From assembly GCA_963665115.1 (NCBI GenBank), contig OY762007.1, positions 6,336,001-6,400,000 on the forward strand: 64,000 nucleotides of DNA, written 5' to 3'. This DNA comes from an uncultured Rivularia sp. (lineage in GTDB: Bacteria > Cyanobacteriota > Cyanobacteriia > Cyanobacteriales > Nostocaceae). Positions 49,101-58,374 of this stretch are shown piece after piece. A model generated the notes under the pieces. That model had not been told where the DNA came from and searched no databases. It saw only the letters and a list, made by a program, of their open reading frames with translations. The first letter of the stretch is position 1; every line of letters starts with the position of its first letter. Made by a program: the position numbers and the translations under genes.

Positions 49101-50106
49101 CGCTGCCAGAAAAGGTCGGATTCTCAGGGGTGATTTTAGTATCTGTTGCTAATGGGATAATATTGTTTGGCTCAGTAATAACGCCTTGTGGAAGATCCGA
49201 CTCTGTATCCACCAAGTTAAAACTACCGCTACTGTATTCCTCTACAACTTCGTACCCTTCTCCCGCAGCCAAACTGAAAGTAGCCGTTTCCGTTTCCTCA
49301 GCAACTCCATCAGCCGCAATAGGAAGATTAACTAAAGTGGTATATTCCGTCATCCGCAGGTCAAAACCATCATCGCGAACAGCAACAATTTCGCCCCCTT
49401 CAACCGAAACACCTGTTAAATCAAACTCGCTCAAAGAAGGTGCATTTACCTTTAACACCAAACCTTCGGCAGGAATTACTCCATCTGTAAGGTTAAAAGC
49501 ATGAGCGCTAACTGTTCCTTTGTCTTCAATTAAGTATGATGGTCCTGAGAACAAGCTTGCCTTGATTAAACCCGATGTAGGTGGCTCTGTAGGAGGTTCT
49601 GTATCGGTAAGCTGACTTTCTTCATCGGCAAATAATACGGTAGAAGAGCCTAAATCAATGTTAATTGTGTAATCTCCCAAAGTTCCTACATCGGCTAAAT
49701 CTTCTTGTTCTACTTCTCCTGGTGCGACGAGTGAAAAATTAGCTTCAACCAAACCATCAAAGGTTTCAGGTAAAAAAGTATCGAGTTCATCATTGTCAAA
49801 AACGTTGATGGTAAAACTAGCAGTAGTTGCACCCGAGTCGATAGTTAAGAAGAAGCCCGAATTATCGAAATTAGTGCCAACCAACGAAGGGTTGATATTT
49901 TCAACTATTGGATTAGCCCCAAACCCAGGCAAATCCAGACGGTTGACAATTTGCTCTACATCGCTATCTACATAAACTTTTAAACCGCCTTCTGGGGCTG
50001 GTTCATTGAGTTCAAAATTAAAGGTTAACGCCGTTCCCCGATCTTCAATGAGGGCTTTTTGTTGTCCGTCAAAGTTGGTGGAAATCGATAAACTTGCTTG
50101 TACCAT
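46156..50106 (-). CDS. Acidic modular RTX-tailed protein (Calx-beta-like repeats plus two PPC-like domains), 1316 aa
   Basis: Intact ORF; N-terminal domain (EPAPEGGLKVYVDSDVEQIVNRL) shared with the gene starting at 54319; shared tail. Confidence 0.88.
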   Translation of the reverse strand: MVQASLSISTNFDGQQKALIEDRGTALTFNFELNEPAPEGGLKVYVDSDVEQIVNRLDLPGFGANPIVENINPSLVGTNFDNSGFFLTIDSGATTASFTINVFDNDELDTFLPETFDGLVEANFSLVAPGEVEQEDLADVGTLGDYTINIDLGSSTVLFADEESQLTDTEPPTEPPTSGLIKASLFSGPSYLIEDKGTVSAHAFNLTDGVIPAEGLVLKVNAPSLSEFDLTGVSVEGGEIVAVRDDGFDLRMTEYTTLVNLPIAADGVAEETETATFSLAAGEGYEVVEEYSSGSFNLVDTESDLPQGVITEPNNIIPLATDTKITPENPTFSGSDSIYFNIGNRQLNPDGTYSYIDYSEDVDLYKINLSAGDTIAVETFDFDTNLNAFDDGLRLDTMIFDAEGNPLRDYGAARRTAAPDKLFGGSTPFDENETDGYEEFTASEDGIYYFAVGSGSGNVLDVPFTREFSQPLYDPLVFESGNGNRSAFGDYAINIDLLTPDNPRIEGTPTPPVSNPGITNPPTLSLSANPATADSEGNFSSAVVEYVEIGGVSSVTFTIEAEGEIPEEGIEFVLNSDANLFDYVSFEGQSQLPNTIGGQSLGAFYNQDGIPTGIRLRIEEPLMTVNYEAANPNAIIPRFFGEGLLDVFEPLETDGAEDVNFFLQPGEGYEIASDAGETQVTYYDSVEDVPASTGGGDIVPEVGITISETELIETQGTETTLTFTLSEAPAAEGVTVYLDSEDNPVVGTVLSQFDVLNAEISGGNFPVPNGDSSGFFFTITEQTATVTLSVFDELTVGLEVPPETLQEGILDLTFALQPQEGYTIDSNASEINLSIADNPDSQILVALTASTEGDEESTTLIESEGTVSVHTFSLSTPPPEEGLTVSVSTESLDDFDLNAIEVTGGTIANLRDDGFDLTITEPEATISLPVLDDGTDEGNETATFTLEPGDTYEINPAATEASFSLAETLDQLAVAEESESNSTLSEANALGLSSERASVSLSGLIGESFVDLPEDVDFYSFNLEAGQTVNLDIDTEEILPETINARPVVSPALAETLQKPDTELRLFDAEGNELAANNDGAAPDEEFSRDPFVKYTAETAGTYYVGVSQLGNRNYNPNVARSGSGWTFPEIGVFNGFYDLTATLVDGNTEPEPPTTETVFGSLEADIIEVSGSSQLLFGGDSDDLIDASISSEGGNRIYAGSGDDTLILGMSDRVVGGAGDDKFFAMGGGDNIITGGEGADQFWIATAEIPSSANIITDFTSGEDVLGIAGLGIGFDGLSISQEDDSTLIAANGSDLAILQGIGADSLITDNFAFA

Positions 50107-50376
50107 GTTATTTGTTTTTAGTGAAATTAAATAGTTTGTTGGTCTTCAACGCCGTCCACAAAAATAATGCTTTGAAAAGTGCGATCGCCAATATTATAGT
50201 TTCTACCTTCAACATTAGTTAAAGCAAAATCCAAAAACTGAGCTTCTTCGTCAATTGCATCGGGAATAATTGGAATGATGTAAAAATTTGAAATTTTAGT
50301 TCATAAGATGTAGAGACGTAGCAGTGCTACGTCTCCAAATTGATGCGAAATAACGCCTAATTCAGGGAATGATTAT

Positions 50377-53300
50377 TTAAGCAAACGCAAAATTATCCGT
50401 AATCAAACTATCAGCACCAATTCCTTGCAATATCGCTAAATCTGAGCCATTCGCAGCAATCAAAGAGTTATCTTCCTGCTGGGTGATGCTCAAATCATCA
50501 AAGCCGATTCCTAAACCAGCAATACCAAGCACATCTTCACCGCTGGTAAAGTCAGTAATAATATTTGCTGCTTCCGGAGTTTCGGCTGTAGCAATCCAGA
50601 ATTGATCGGCACCGGCTCCACCAGTAATGATATTATCACCACCCGAAAGTGCAAAGAATTTATCGTCACCTTCACCACCAATCAGGCGATCGCCATTCCC
50701 CAAAATCAAAGTATCATCACCGCTACCAGCATAGATACGGTTTCCACCTTCACTACCAATAGAAGCGTCAATCAAATCATCGGAATCACCACCGAAAACA
50801 ATTTGACTGCTACCTTCTACTTCGATAATATCTCCTTCTAAGGAACCGAATATTGGTTCGGTAGTGGGTTTAGAGCCACCACTATCGGATGCTAATTCGA
50901 CGTTGAGTTCATATTCGCCGAAAAGAATGCCGATTTCGGCGAATATCCAACCGCTACCAACGCTTAGATTATTTTCTACCAAGGGGTCATAATCGGTATT
51001 TCCAAGCTGACTGACACCGACGTAGTAAGTACCCGCTTCCGAGGCTGTAAATTCAAGATAGGGGTCACGGCTAAATTCTTCGTTGGGTGCTGCACCGTTA
51101 TTGACGCTAGCTAATTCGTTACCCGAAGCATCGAATAAGCGCAGTTCCGAATCTAAACGTTGTTCTACTCCTTCAAATTTAGCTGACTCAAAGGGAATAG
51201 AATCAACATCAAGCTTAATCGTATCTCCTGCTTCCAAAGTAAAACTGTAGAAGTCAACATCTTCTGAAGCCTCTACGATTTCACCAACACTAGAATCTAC
51301 TCTTGCGGATTCACCTGGTTCGCGACTACTAAGAGCAGCGGTAAATTTTGCAGTGGGATTAAAGGGATTGATATTGAGATCGATCGCTTCAGAAATCGTA
51401 TCATTAGAATCAAATTCTTCAGTTGGAGCAGGAACTTGTTCTGGAATATCTACCACCGTAATTGTGGCTTCGGGTGCATCGGGGGTCGATTAGGTAATTT
51501 GTAGTTTCAACCAAAGAGAAAGTAGTTGTTTCTACTCCCTCATCTTCACCATCTGATATTGGTGGTAGCTCGACGATAGCAGTAGCATCGGTAATATTAA
51601 GGGAGAAACCCGTGTCTGTAACTTCTGTTATTTCTCCTCCCGTTACGGTAAATGCTTCGGTATCAAACTTCGATAAATCGTCAGCACTGACTGTTACGTC
51701 AACACCTGATTCTGTGGGAAATGCAGTCAGATTAAAGGTAAGCTCGCCTGCTGTATTATCTGACTCAACCGCAACAGTTTCGCTTCTTAAGCTAACTTCT
51801 AAAACAGAATCTGGATTATCAGCAATAGTGAAATTGACGAACGAAGCATTCTCATCAATCGTATACAGAGATCCTTCTTGAAGCGCAAGGTTAAAGCTTT
51901 GTAAACCTTCTTCAAAGGGGTCTTCAAAAGCAGATAAGCTAATAGATGCTTCTTGTTCAGTAATTTTGAAAAAGAAACCGTTAAATTCTCCATTAGGAGT
52001 TGGATAAACACCTCCGCTAACTTCAGCATTGAGAATATCAAATTGAGGTAGGATACCTACTGCATCACCCTTGACAAAAACCAGCACACCTTCAGAGGGC
52101 GGAGCTTCATTAAGGCTAAAGTTGAGCGTTGTTCGATCTCCTTCGGATTCAACTAGTTCGGTTTCGGTAATTGTTAGGCTGATTTCAGGAATAACGTTAG
52201 GTTCTGGAGCTTGCTCTTCACTGTCATAGAATGTGGGTGTGACTTGATTTTCGGTTTCAGATACCCCGTAGCCTTCACCGCCTTCTAAGAAGAACGTTAC
52301 CTCTTCTGGACCATCAGTTTCAGGTTCTAATAGCTGACCCCAATAAGGAGTTCTTGCATTCAATCCGACAAAAGTAACCGGCTCAAATATTCTAAGTTGA
52401 AAACCCGTTTCTCGTCCAGTGTTATCGGTTAGAACATCTACTAATTCTGCTCCAGGCGTAAAAGGAGGAAGAATTAGAGAGCGTACTGAAAAGTAGTCTC
52501 TTAGATAGCTGTCGCTATTTACATTAACTAAAATACCTTCTTCAGGAATTTCTCCTTCAGTTTCTAATACCAGGTTTAAAAGTGAACCCTCTAGGTCAAG
52601 TCCTTCGATTAAATTGTTTGAAAGTACGGTGTCTAAACCAAGCTCCCCAGAAATAACGCGGGGATCTGAAAACTGAGCATAAGTAGCACTGTTAAAGTTC
52701 AAAGAAACCGTTGGCTCACCATCTTGAGCTAAATCGATTGTTTGGGGAAGTGTGTTATTACTACGATTTTGCTGTTCCACTAAAAACGCTCGCTCTTCTG
52801 GATTAAGAGCAATTGTTAGTTCATACTCACCAATATTAAGAGAATCTTCGGAAGCATTAAACCCATCTCCACTAGCTGGAATGAAGGGGTTGTATGTCAG
52901 ACCACCCCAAGTATCGGGCGCACCAAATCTTTGAGGCGCGCCGTTGGAAAAAGAGCTAAGACCTAGATAGTAAGTTCCATCTTCTGGTGCTTCAAATTCA
53001 AGGTATGAATCTCCACTCGATCTGAAAATTTCACCTATCCCTGGACTGAGACCTCTTCCAGTAAGTTCGTTACCGTCTGCGTCAAATATGCGTTGTATGC
53101 CTACAATGCTATTAACCGTATCGAATTCAACGTTTGGAAAAGCTGCTCCATCTGTAGCACGAGAATCGATGTCAGAAGAAATAACGTCTCCTGCTTTAAG
53201 GTCAAATCTGTAGAGGTTTACGTTTTCTACCGCATCAACATAAGTAAAGCTGCCATCTTCATTTTGGTAGCGATTGCCAATATCAAAATCAAAGGTTTCA

Positions 53301-54319
53301 ACAATCGTAACTACTGAATTATCAGCACTGAGTCCAATATCGCTAGCTAAAGGAATAATATCGTTAGGCTCGCTGATATTATCAGGAACTTCTTCGGCAG
53401 TATCGGTAATAGTGAACTCACCACTACTAAAATCATCATTCACCTCATACCCATCACCCGCTTCCAAACTAAAGCTAGCCGTTTCTAACCCCTCAGCTTC
53501 CCCATCAGCAGCAACAGGAAGATTAATTAAAGTCGTAAAATCCGTGAGTCGAATATCAAAACCATCCTCTCGGACGTTGACAATTTCCCCACCATCACTA
53601 ACTTCAATCGCATCTAAACGGAAGCTACTCAAGTTGGGTGCATCAACTCCAACAACTATTCCACCTTCAGGTATTGTTGCTCCAGTGACATTAAAAACAT
53701 GAGCAGAAACCGTTCCGTCTTCCTCTACCAAATAATCCGGTCCCGTATTTAAACTAACTAACGGTAAACCAGTTTCTGGAGTTGGTTCCGGTGTCGGATT
53801 CGGTTCCCGTGTCTGCTCGGTAAGCTGGCTTTCAAGGTCAGCAAATAATACACTACTTGTTGCTGCATTACTATCAATAGTGTAATCGCTGAGATTGCCC
53901 ACATCCCCCAAATCTGCTGCATCCACCTGCTCGCTCGTCTTCAACTGAAACACCGCTTCTACCAAACCATCAAAAGTTTCTGGTAAAAACGTATCGGGTT
54001 CAGAATTATCAAACACATTAATCGTAAAGCTCGCATTCGTAGCTCCTGGATCAATAGTGAGGAAAAAGCCAGAATTATCAAAATTAGTTCCAAGCAACGA
54101 GGGGTTGATATTTTCGACGATTGGATTAACCCCAAACCCCGGTAAATTCAAACGGTTGACAATTTGTTCTACATCGCTATCTACATAAACTTTCAAACCA
54201 CCTTCGGGAGCTGGTTCATCTAAGGAGAAGTTTACAGTTAATGCATTTCCCTTCTCTTCAACGAGCGCATTCTGTTCACCCGAGTAGTTCGTAGTTGTAG
54301 AAAGGCTAACTTGTACCAT
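50377..54319 (-). CDS. Acidic modular RTX-tailed protein (Calx-beta-like repeats plus two PPC-like domains), ~1313 aa after one +1 frameshift
   Basis: ORFs 51419..54319 and 50377..51456 join on removing one G at 51481-51485 (IDPDAPEATITVVDIP). Confidence 0.84.
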
Positions 54320-54490
54320 TATTAATTTTCCTGAAGTTATTGTTATTTTTTCTCGTTACATGAAATGGTGCGCTCACAGCGCGAAAAAGACATATTTTTT
54401 TATAATCCGAATTATTCGTCGCGCCATAACAGAACGGCAGTTTTGCGGCTTTGTGCATCCACACCGCAAACTGCCTCCCCTACGAGTGAT

Positions 54491-57400
54491 TTAAGCGAAA
54501 GCAAAATTATCAGCAACCAAACTATCCGCGCCAATACCTTGCAAAATTGCTAATTCAGAATTATTTGCAGCAATCAAAGTATTATCATCTTGTTGAGAAA
54601 TACTCAAATCATCAAAACCGATACCCAAACCAGCAATACCTAAAACATCTTCACCACTAGCAAAGTCAGTAATAATATTTGCTGCTTCCGGAGTTTCGGC
54701 TGTAGCAATCCAGAATTGATCGGCACCGGCTCCACCAGTAATGATATTATCACCACCCGAAAGTGCAAAGAATTTATCACCACCTTCACCACCAATCAGG
54801 CGATCGCCATTCCCCAAAATCAAAGTATCATCACCGCTACCTGCGTAAATCCGGTTGCTTCCCGTGCTACCAATAGAAGCATCAATCAAATCGCTTTCGT
54901 CACCACCGAAAACAATTTGACTGCTGCCTAACACTTCGATAACGTCTGCTTCGATTGTTCCGAAGGTAGGGGAAGGTGTTGCTGCAACTTGACTATCATC
55001 AATGCTGAAAGCAACTTGTTGAGCGTTGGAATCAACTTCGTAAATTTCTCCATCTATTAAGCTGAAACTAAATTCTTCTAAACCTTCGTTTGCACCGTCG
55101 TCAAAAGTGGTTAAGGTAAGACTCGCATTACTGTCGGTAATCGTCGCTAAGAAACTACTTCCTCCCGAATCTCCCACTGTGGGAAAACCATCGATACCAG
55201 TTGTTTGAATTGCAAAATTTCCATCTTCGTCAAAGATGCTAAATTCACCTAGAATACCACGGGTTTCGCTATCAACGAGAACGGTTAAACCATCTTCAGG
55301 AATTTCTCCATCAACATTAAAGTTGACTGTAAATTGTTCTCCTTCACTTAGTTCGGTTTCGCTGAAAGAAAGTCCAACTGTGGGACCAATTCCAGCACCA
55401 CCATTACCGTCGATTAAGGTAACTCCATCGCTGTTAGTATCGGAAACAGCGTAATTTGAATCTATCGAACCATCATTTTCTATGACAGTAAAGCCAAAAT
55501 CTCGATCTTCTTCTTGAATAACATCGTTGAGGATGGGGAAAACAATAGAACCCTCATTTTCTGAAATAATTAATTCAGTAGTACTGGTTTCGGGGTCGAA
55601 AAATTCACCGATTGCAATATTGTTAAAGGTAACATCAATCTCACCATCTACTTGATCTGTTAAATCTAAATCCCCACTAATAAGAAATGAAAGTCCGTCT
55701 TCGGGAATTTCCCCATCTACGCTAAAGTTAGCAAAAACTGTTGCTTGTTCGTCTTCTTCGGAAACTAAATCTGGTTCAATGCTGAAGCTGACTACTGGTG
55801 CTTCTCCTGTAGGTGGTGTTGGTGTAGTACCGCTTGCATCGCTAAAATTGAGAGTAACTGCACCGTTTTCGGAATCAACTTGATAAGCTTCCCCATCAAT
55901 CACCTCAAAGGTAAATGATTCTAAAGCATCATCCTCATCTATACCTTCATCAATTACGGGTACGGTAATAGTAGCGGTGGGTTCGGTGATAGTAACAAAG
56001 AAACCGCTATCTCCGTCGGCAGGTCTGGGAAACTCGCTAAGTCCTGTAGTCTCAATTTGAGCCACATCAAATTCAGTTAGCGACCTTTGTTGAGTTGCTG
56101 CACCATCGATATCGTTAACTAAAACGGTAAGTCCTTCTGCTGGAATCTCCCCATCAACGTTAAGGGTTAAAGTAATCGAATCTCCTTCAACTACGTCGCT
56201 GTTATCTACAGTTAATCCAACGGTAGGCCCCGCTGGTTGTGTTTCATCGACTACGTTTAAAGTTATGCTACCAGCGTCGGGAGCAACTTCGTATTCTTCT
56301 CCATTCACAATCGTAAAGGGAAGTTCTAAAGGTTCTTCGGCAAGAATATCGTCAAAAACTGAGGTAGTAATTGATGCTTCCGGTTCGGCAATAGTCACGA
56401 AGAAACTGCTACCACCAGCATCCCCAACTTCGGGTAATCCTGCGATTCCATCTAGTTGCAAAGTACTTAAATCGGATAAGTCAAATTGTCCTAAAGCACC
56501 GGGAACCGAACTTTGAACTAAAACCTGTACTCCATCTTCGGGAATTTCCCCATCTGCACTAAAGTTAATGGTTATTTCATCACCTTCAGTTAAATCGGTT
56601 GCACTAGCAGAAATTCCCACATTCGGGCCAATTCCGGGACCACCGTTATCATCAGTTATGGTAAATAGGGTAGAGTTTTGAGATGAATCAACTGTATATC
56701 TTTCTCCTTCCACAAGTTGGAAATCAAAAGGTTGAGTACCTTCTTCGATAATGTCGTTAATGAAGTAAAGCTTGAATGAAGCTTCAGGTTCAGACAATAA
56801 GATATTTATTCTACCAGTGTCATCAGAATCAACGATTTCAGAATTAATGAATTCTGCTTCTGGTTCGGCTGCAAACTGATTGGTAAAGTCAAAAGGAATA
56901 TCAGGATTGCCACCCGAAGTATCCAAGTTTACTATAATTCCTTCTTCGGGAAAATCTCCGGTAACTGTCCACTTCCACTCAACTAAATTATTTTCAGCTT
57001 CTTCCGATAGGGTTGCGGGGGTTGTTTCAAAGCTGACTACTGGTAGTTCTCCCGTGGGTGGTTCTGTTGGAAGTTCGGATTCCGTTGCTGCTTCAACTGT
57101 AATCTCAACGGTTGCAGGTTCGGAAAATATTTCACCGTCGTTAGTTAAATAAGTAAAGGTATCTGTTCCGGAAAATCCCTCGTTAGGAGTATAGCTAAAA
57201 GAACCATCCTCATTTAAAGACAGTTGCCCACTGTCGGGAGTATCTAAAACAGAAACAATTAATTGATTTCCCTCAGCATCAGAATCATTAGCTAATATCC
57301 CCGCATCTACATCTACACTTAATTCCTCTCCCTCAGCAGTTGTATAACTATCGCTTTGAGCAACTGGAGGTGTATTATCTGATGGTTCTGGTTCTACAGG

Positions 57401-57817
57401 AACTTCTGGTTCTTCTGGTGGTGGTTCGATTGTCGTACTTTCCGCATCTTGAAGCGTCAAACTAATAGAATTTGCACTTTCATTAACTGTATAACCTTCA
57501 CCCGGTTGGACGGTAAACGTTAAACCTTCAATTGCATCGGCAACATCATCGTCGAAAATCGGTAAACTTAAAGTTCCCGTTTGCTCGGTGAGTCGAATAC
57601 TAAAACCGGAAGTGTCATCATTCACCCCCACCAAACGTAAATTTTCAAACTCGGTTGCGAACACATCTAATTGAGCCAAAGCATTTTCGGTTTCGCTATC
57701 CACAGTGACAACCAAACCACCTTCGGGTATTGGTTCATCTGAAGTCAGCGTAATCGTTAATACAGTTCCTTCTTCTTCAACTAGAACTGTGGGATTCGCA
57801 CTTATTGAAACTGCCAT
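54491..57817 (-). CDS. Acidic modular RTX-tailed protein (AISANPT domain, cadherin-like/Big_9 repeat, Calx-beta-like repeats), 1108 aa
   Basis: Intact ORF; NTPPVAQSDSY...DGSFSYTPNEGFSGTDTFTY repeat; shared tail. Confidence 0.88.
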   Translation of the reverse strand: MAVSISANPTVLVEEEGTVLTITLTSDEPIPEGGLVVTVDSETENALAQLDVFATEFENLRLVGVNDDTSGFSIRLTEQTGTLSLPIFDDDVADAIEGLTFTVQPGEGYTVNESANSISLTLQDAESTTIEPPPEEPEVPVEPEPSDNTPPVAQSDSYTTAEGEELSVDVDAGILANDSDAEGNQLIVSVLDTPDSGQLSLNEDGSFSYTPNEGFSGTDTFTYLTNDGEIFSEPATVEITVEAATESELPTEPPTGELPVVSFETTPATLSEEAENNLVEWKWTVTGDFPEEGIIVNLDTSGGNPDIPFDFTNQFAAEPEAEFINSEIVDSDDTGRINILLSEPEASFKLYFINDIIEEGTQPFDFQLVEGERYTVDSSQNSTLFTITDDNGGPGIGPNVGISASATDLTEGDEITINFSADGEIPEDGVQVLVQSSVPGALGQFDLSDLSTLQLDGIAGLPEVGDAGGSSFFVTIAEPEASITTSVFDDILAEEPLELPFTIVNGEEYEVAPDAGSITLNVVDETQPAGPTVGLTVDNSDVVEGDSITLTLNVDGEIPAEGLTVLVNDIDGAATQQRSLTEFDVAQIETTGLSEFPRPADGDSGFFVTITEPTATITVPVIDEGIDEDDALESFTFEVIDGEAYQVDSENGAVTLNFSDASGTTPTPPTGEAPVVSFSIEPDLVSEEDEQATVFANFSVDGEIPEDGLSFLISGDLDLTDQVDGEIDVTFNNIAIGEFFDPETSTTELIISENEGSIVFPILNDVIQEEDRDFGFTVIENDGSIDSNYAVSDTNSDGVTLIDGNGGAGIGPTVGLSFSETELSEGEQFTVNFNVDGEIPEDGLTVLVDSETRGILGEFSIFDEDGNFAIQTTGIDGFPTVGDSGGSSFLATITDSNASLTLTTFDDGANEGLEEFSFSLIDGEIYEVDSNAQQVAFSIDDSQVAATPSPTFGTIEADVIEVLGSSQIVFGGDESDLIDASIGSTGSNRIYAGSGDDTLILGNGDRLIGGEGGDKFFALSGGDNIITGGAGADQFWIATAETPEAANIITDFASGEDVLGIAGLGIGFDDLSISQQDDNTLIAANNSELAILQGIGADSLVADNFAFA

Positions 57818-57851
57818 AATTTCTTTCCTATCGATTGGTATCTTTTTACAC

Positions 57852-58015
57852 GGCGTTGCTGTTAGCGTAGCTCGACGTTAGCCATATAAAAGTATGAATA
57901 GCCCCCTGACCCCCCAATTATGGGGGAGAAATATATTTTAAATTCCCCCAATACCCCCAAAATTGAGGGGGTCACGCGGGCAGGGGATTTAGGGGGCTGC
58001 GCTAACAGCAACGCC
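57852..58015. mobile_element. MITE with GGCGTTGCTG TIRs and 8-bp TSD
   Basis: ggcgttgctgttagcg...cgctaacagcaacgcc flanked on both sides by TTTTACAC. Confidence 0.8.
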
Positions 58016-58112
58016 TTTTACACGTTAATTTTGTTTTGCAGCGGAAATCGGAACTCGAATTAACGCACCTTCAGAGCCGGAAGAACTTTACTGATTAATC
58101 TTGAACTAATTA

Positions 58113-58228
58113 TTGCGAATTAATCTCAAGATTATCACTTACGTAAATTCTATGATAAATTCTGCTTCACGAAAGTAACTTTTCATGAAGATTTCGTAAA
58201 GTCAACTGATAAAGTAAGCAATTTGCAA
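58113..58228 (-). promoter_or_regulatory. Composite promoter copy
   Basis: ttgcgaattaatctcaa 58113-58129; ttacgtaaattctatgataaa 58139-58159; aagtaa...tgaagatttcg to 58196; degenerate palindrome gtaagcaatttgcaa 58214-58228. Confidence 0.72.
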
Positions 58229-58318
58229 ATTTATTTTTTCTTAAAAAAAGGTGCATTGAGCCTTATGTAAAGCAACAATGCACCCTGGGTTTGAATGTGG
58301 ACTAAAAAAAGCGGGCTT

Positions 58319-58361
58319 GTAGTAAGGGCTTAAGCCCTTTGAGGACTAAAGTCCTTACTAC
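58319..58361. repeat. GTAG-type REP doublet / possible terminator downstream of the 58375 gene
   Basis: gtagtaagggcttaagccctt tg aggactaaagtccttactac. Confidence 0.55.
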
Positions 58362-58374
58362 GAACTTTGATTAA

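Noticed and set aside
12826..50335. Recurrent gtagagacgtagca.tgctacgtctc palindromes as a possible CRISPR array
   Set aside because: Dispersed singly or as inverted pairs, with no regular spacers or cas genes; they fit GTAG REP/REPIN elements.
30251..57152. Many Ser-rich plus-strand ORFs of 60-170 aa across the array
   Set aside because: Antisense to Glu/Asp-rich genes; they recur only because the sense domains recur.
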